From Tubulanus polymorphus (taxonomy: Eukaryota; Animalia; Nemertea): 64,000 bases of DNA. Below, piece after piece: positions 62,318 through 64,000 of the stretch (position 1 is its first letter; the number at the start of each line of letters is the position of its first letter). The DNA lies in assembly GCF_964204645.1 (NCBI RefSeq), contig NC_134031.1, forward strand, positions 8,556,001-8,620,000. Reading direction: 5' to 3'. The notes under the pieces were generated by a model. It saw nothing but the letters and a program-made list of their open reading frames with translations, was not told where the DNA came from and searched no databases. The position numbers and the translations under genes are program-made.

Positions 62318-62624
62318 TTATAAGGAAAACAAATTACTTGTGGTGATGAGTGGGGATTACTTCCCCTGTATATAACAAACACGCTATTAACCGTTCTCAC
62401 CCAAGCCTCACAGCATCTATTTATCTGGGCACAGTTGACACGCAATCACTGAACTACAGTAATAACACACGCGTTAATAACCGTTCTCAGTAGAGACTCA
62501 CTGTATCGATCTATCCGCGCGCAGCTGTTGTTACGCGCACTCACTGTATATGTGTACCACAGAGAGCAATCGTCCGTTCTCACTAGAGCCTAGCTGTGAT
62601 GAGTGGTGTCTCATACTCAATTGA

Positions 62625-62697
62625 ATTATTACTTGTGGTGATGAGTGGTGTCTCGTCCTCTCGTCCTCTGATCTGAAAGCCTACTTTTCCAATTACT
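62625..62697 (-). repeat. Right TIR of element 2
   Basis: Ends ...AAAGCCTACTTTTCCAATTACT (5'-AGT terminus on the minus strand), followed by TSD GTTCTT. Confidence 0.9.
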
Positions 62698-63127
62698 GTT
62701 CTTAATTATTCTTAATCGTTTTTCAATAGTATGCAGTGTTGTAACAACCGTGTGTAACGACCGCTGGTTTTTCGCCGACTAAAAGAAAAGCGTCTTCTGA
62801 AATTTCATTTATTCCTACCAGACATTGATACATTTAATAAAAGAATTTGTCCAAGTCCGAATCATGGATGTTTTCTTTAACGATTTGCTCTATTTTTTTG
62901 GTCTACCAAGTTATAAAAGATGCTGTATTCTGCGGAAAGTTCCATTCCTCCCCCTTCCGTGTCTTTCTTTCGTCCATTATCTGCAGGGGCAGAACTAGGG
63001 GGGTGTCGGGGTGTTTTTTGAACAAAGGTTTTGCACCTATAATTATTTTTTCAACGCACGAAATGACCGAACGCATCCCCCTTGTAGATTGAAAGAAACT
63101 TGTTAAAAATTGTTTAATGTACATATC

Positions 63128-63890
63128 CTTTTTGGTTTACCTTTGTCAGCATTATGAGGTTGGCATTGAGCCAATTCATGTAAAATCGCGGTACGCTTTT
63201 TTATGTGAGCATTTTTTTCATTGGTTCTCGGGTTAAACGACGTATAATCGATGCGATTGAAGACATGGCGAACCTCCGTCGATGACAGGGTCAACTCTGT
63301 TTAAATTCGACGATAAACTGTTTTTGGCGGGAAAATTCTTAGCTCTTGCGTATAAAATTGCAATGACCTCGATTGGGGGCGTCGTCTCTGCGAGCGAATG
63401 TGATTGGCTGTTTTTGGGATATACGGGGAATTCCGGCGCTACTGAAATAATTATGGGGAAGCCATTTATGGCGAACGTTTCATTGGACGAGGTGCGAATT
63501 AAATGCTCATTGCTGGTGAGAATATAATTATTTCACATATCGCCATAGGTATTGTTTCGTTTTAATACCCGGTGATTGTGTTGATTGAGATTGAAGTGAA
63601 GCGAAAGTCCACTACACAAGGCTTCCACGTGCGTGGGAGCGCTAACATTAGATTGTTGCACACACAAACACACGCCCATACAGACTACTATATGGAGATG
63701 CTGTAACGCTGCTTGGCGCGTGCACATTTGCTATGATAACAGGCTGAATAACCGTCGTAGCAGAAGATGAGCGCTGTGTTTTCTGTTTGATAGAATTTGT
63801 AATAAATTGTAATTTCCTGTGACCTGAAAATACTAAGCAGCAAACTATAGGTATAGGTCGAGGTCTGAATATTGTAGTGGTAAATCTTTG
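63128..63890 (+). repeat. Dispersed repeat, copy 2 (copy 1 at ~17760-18500)
   Basis: Colinear similarity. Confidence 0.75.
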
Positions 63891-64000
63891 GAAGAGAGTT
63901 CAAGTATCCGAATAACCATAGAAGCGATAACACTAAAAACCTCATTTTCTAATGAGTAAATACAGTTTATTAACACGAACGTTTTCGGGATCATATCCCC

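Larger units (their letters stand above)
47897..62697. mobile_element. Endogenous Polinton/Maverick (adintovirus-like) element 2, full length ~14.8 kb
   Basis: TIRs AATTGGAAAAGTAGGCTTTCAGATCAGAGGACGAG..CACCACTC.TCACCACAAGTAAT at both ends; GTTCTT duplicated at 47891-47896 and 62698-62703; core gene set present. Confidence 0.93.

Overview
This is eukaryotic, AT-rich, repeat-dense genomic DNA, most likely from an invertebrate animal; the host cannot be named from sequence alone. One recognisable host gene is present: an NKRF/CARF-like gene (XTBD, dsRBD-like, G-patch and R3H domains) at 10682-12541. The window is dominated by two related endogenous Polinton/Maverick (adintovirus-like) elements. 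Element 1 (~20580-38262) is left-truncated, decayed and interrupted by insertions. Element 2 (47897-62697) is full length, with TIRs and a 6-bp GTTCTT target-site duplication, but carries scattered stops and frameshifts. Both encode protein-primed PolB, penton, major capsid protein, packaging ATPase and rve integrase. Four features stand out. (i) Element 2's PolB carries a ~355-aa LAGLIDADG intein in motif C (YFD|TD), similar to the Mimivirus PolB intein, while element 1 holds the empty allele 30 kb away. (ii) About 24 viral ORFs start with the poxvirus late-promoter-like TAAATG. (iii) Element 2 encodes a VLTF3-like late transcription factor and element 1 a giant-virus-type HNH nuclease. (iv) A TIR-derived motif sits exactly 36 nt upstream of three non-structural genes. 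Together these suggest, as inference only, an animal Polinton that exchanges genes with, and may depend on, a large cytoplasmic DNA virus (a virophage-like lifestyle). The remainder is nested non-autonomous Helentron (HINE/DINE-like) elements, MITEs, a Gypsy-type remnant and a pogo/Tigger transposase pseudogene. All calls are by eye; no searches were run.
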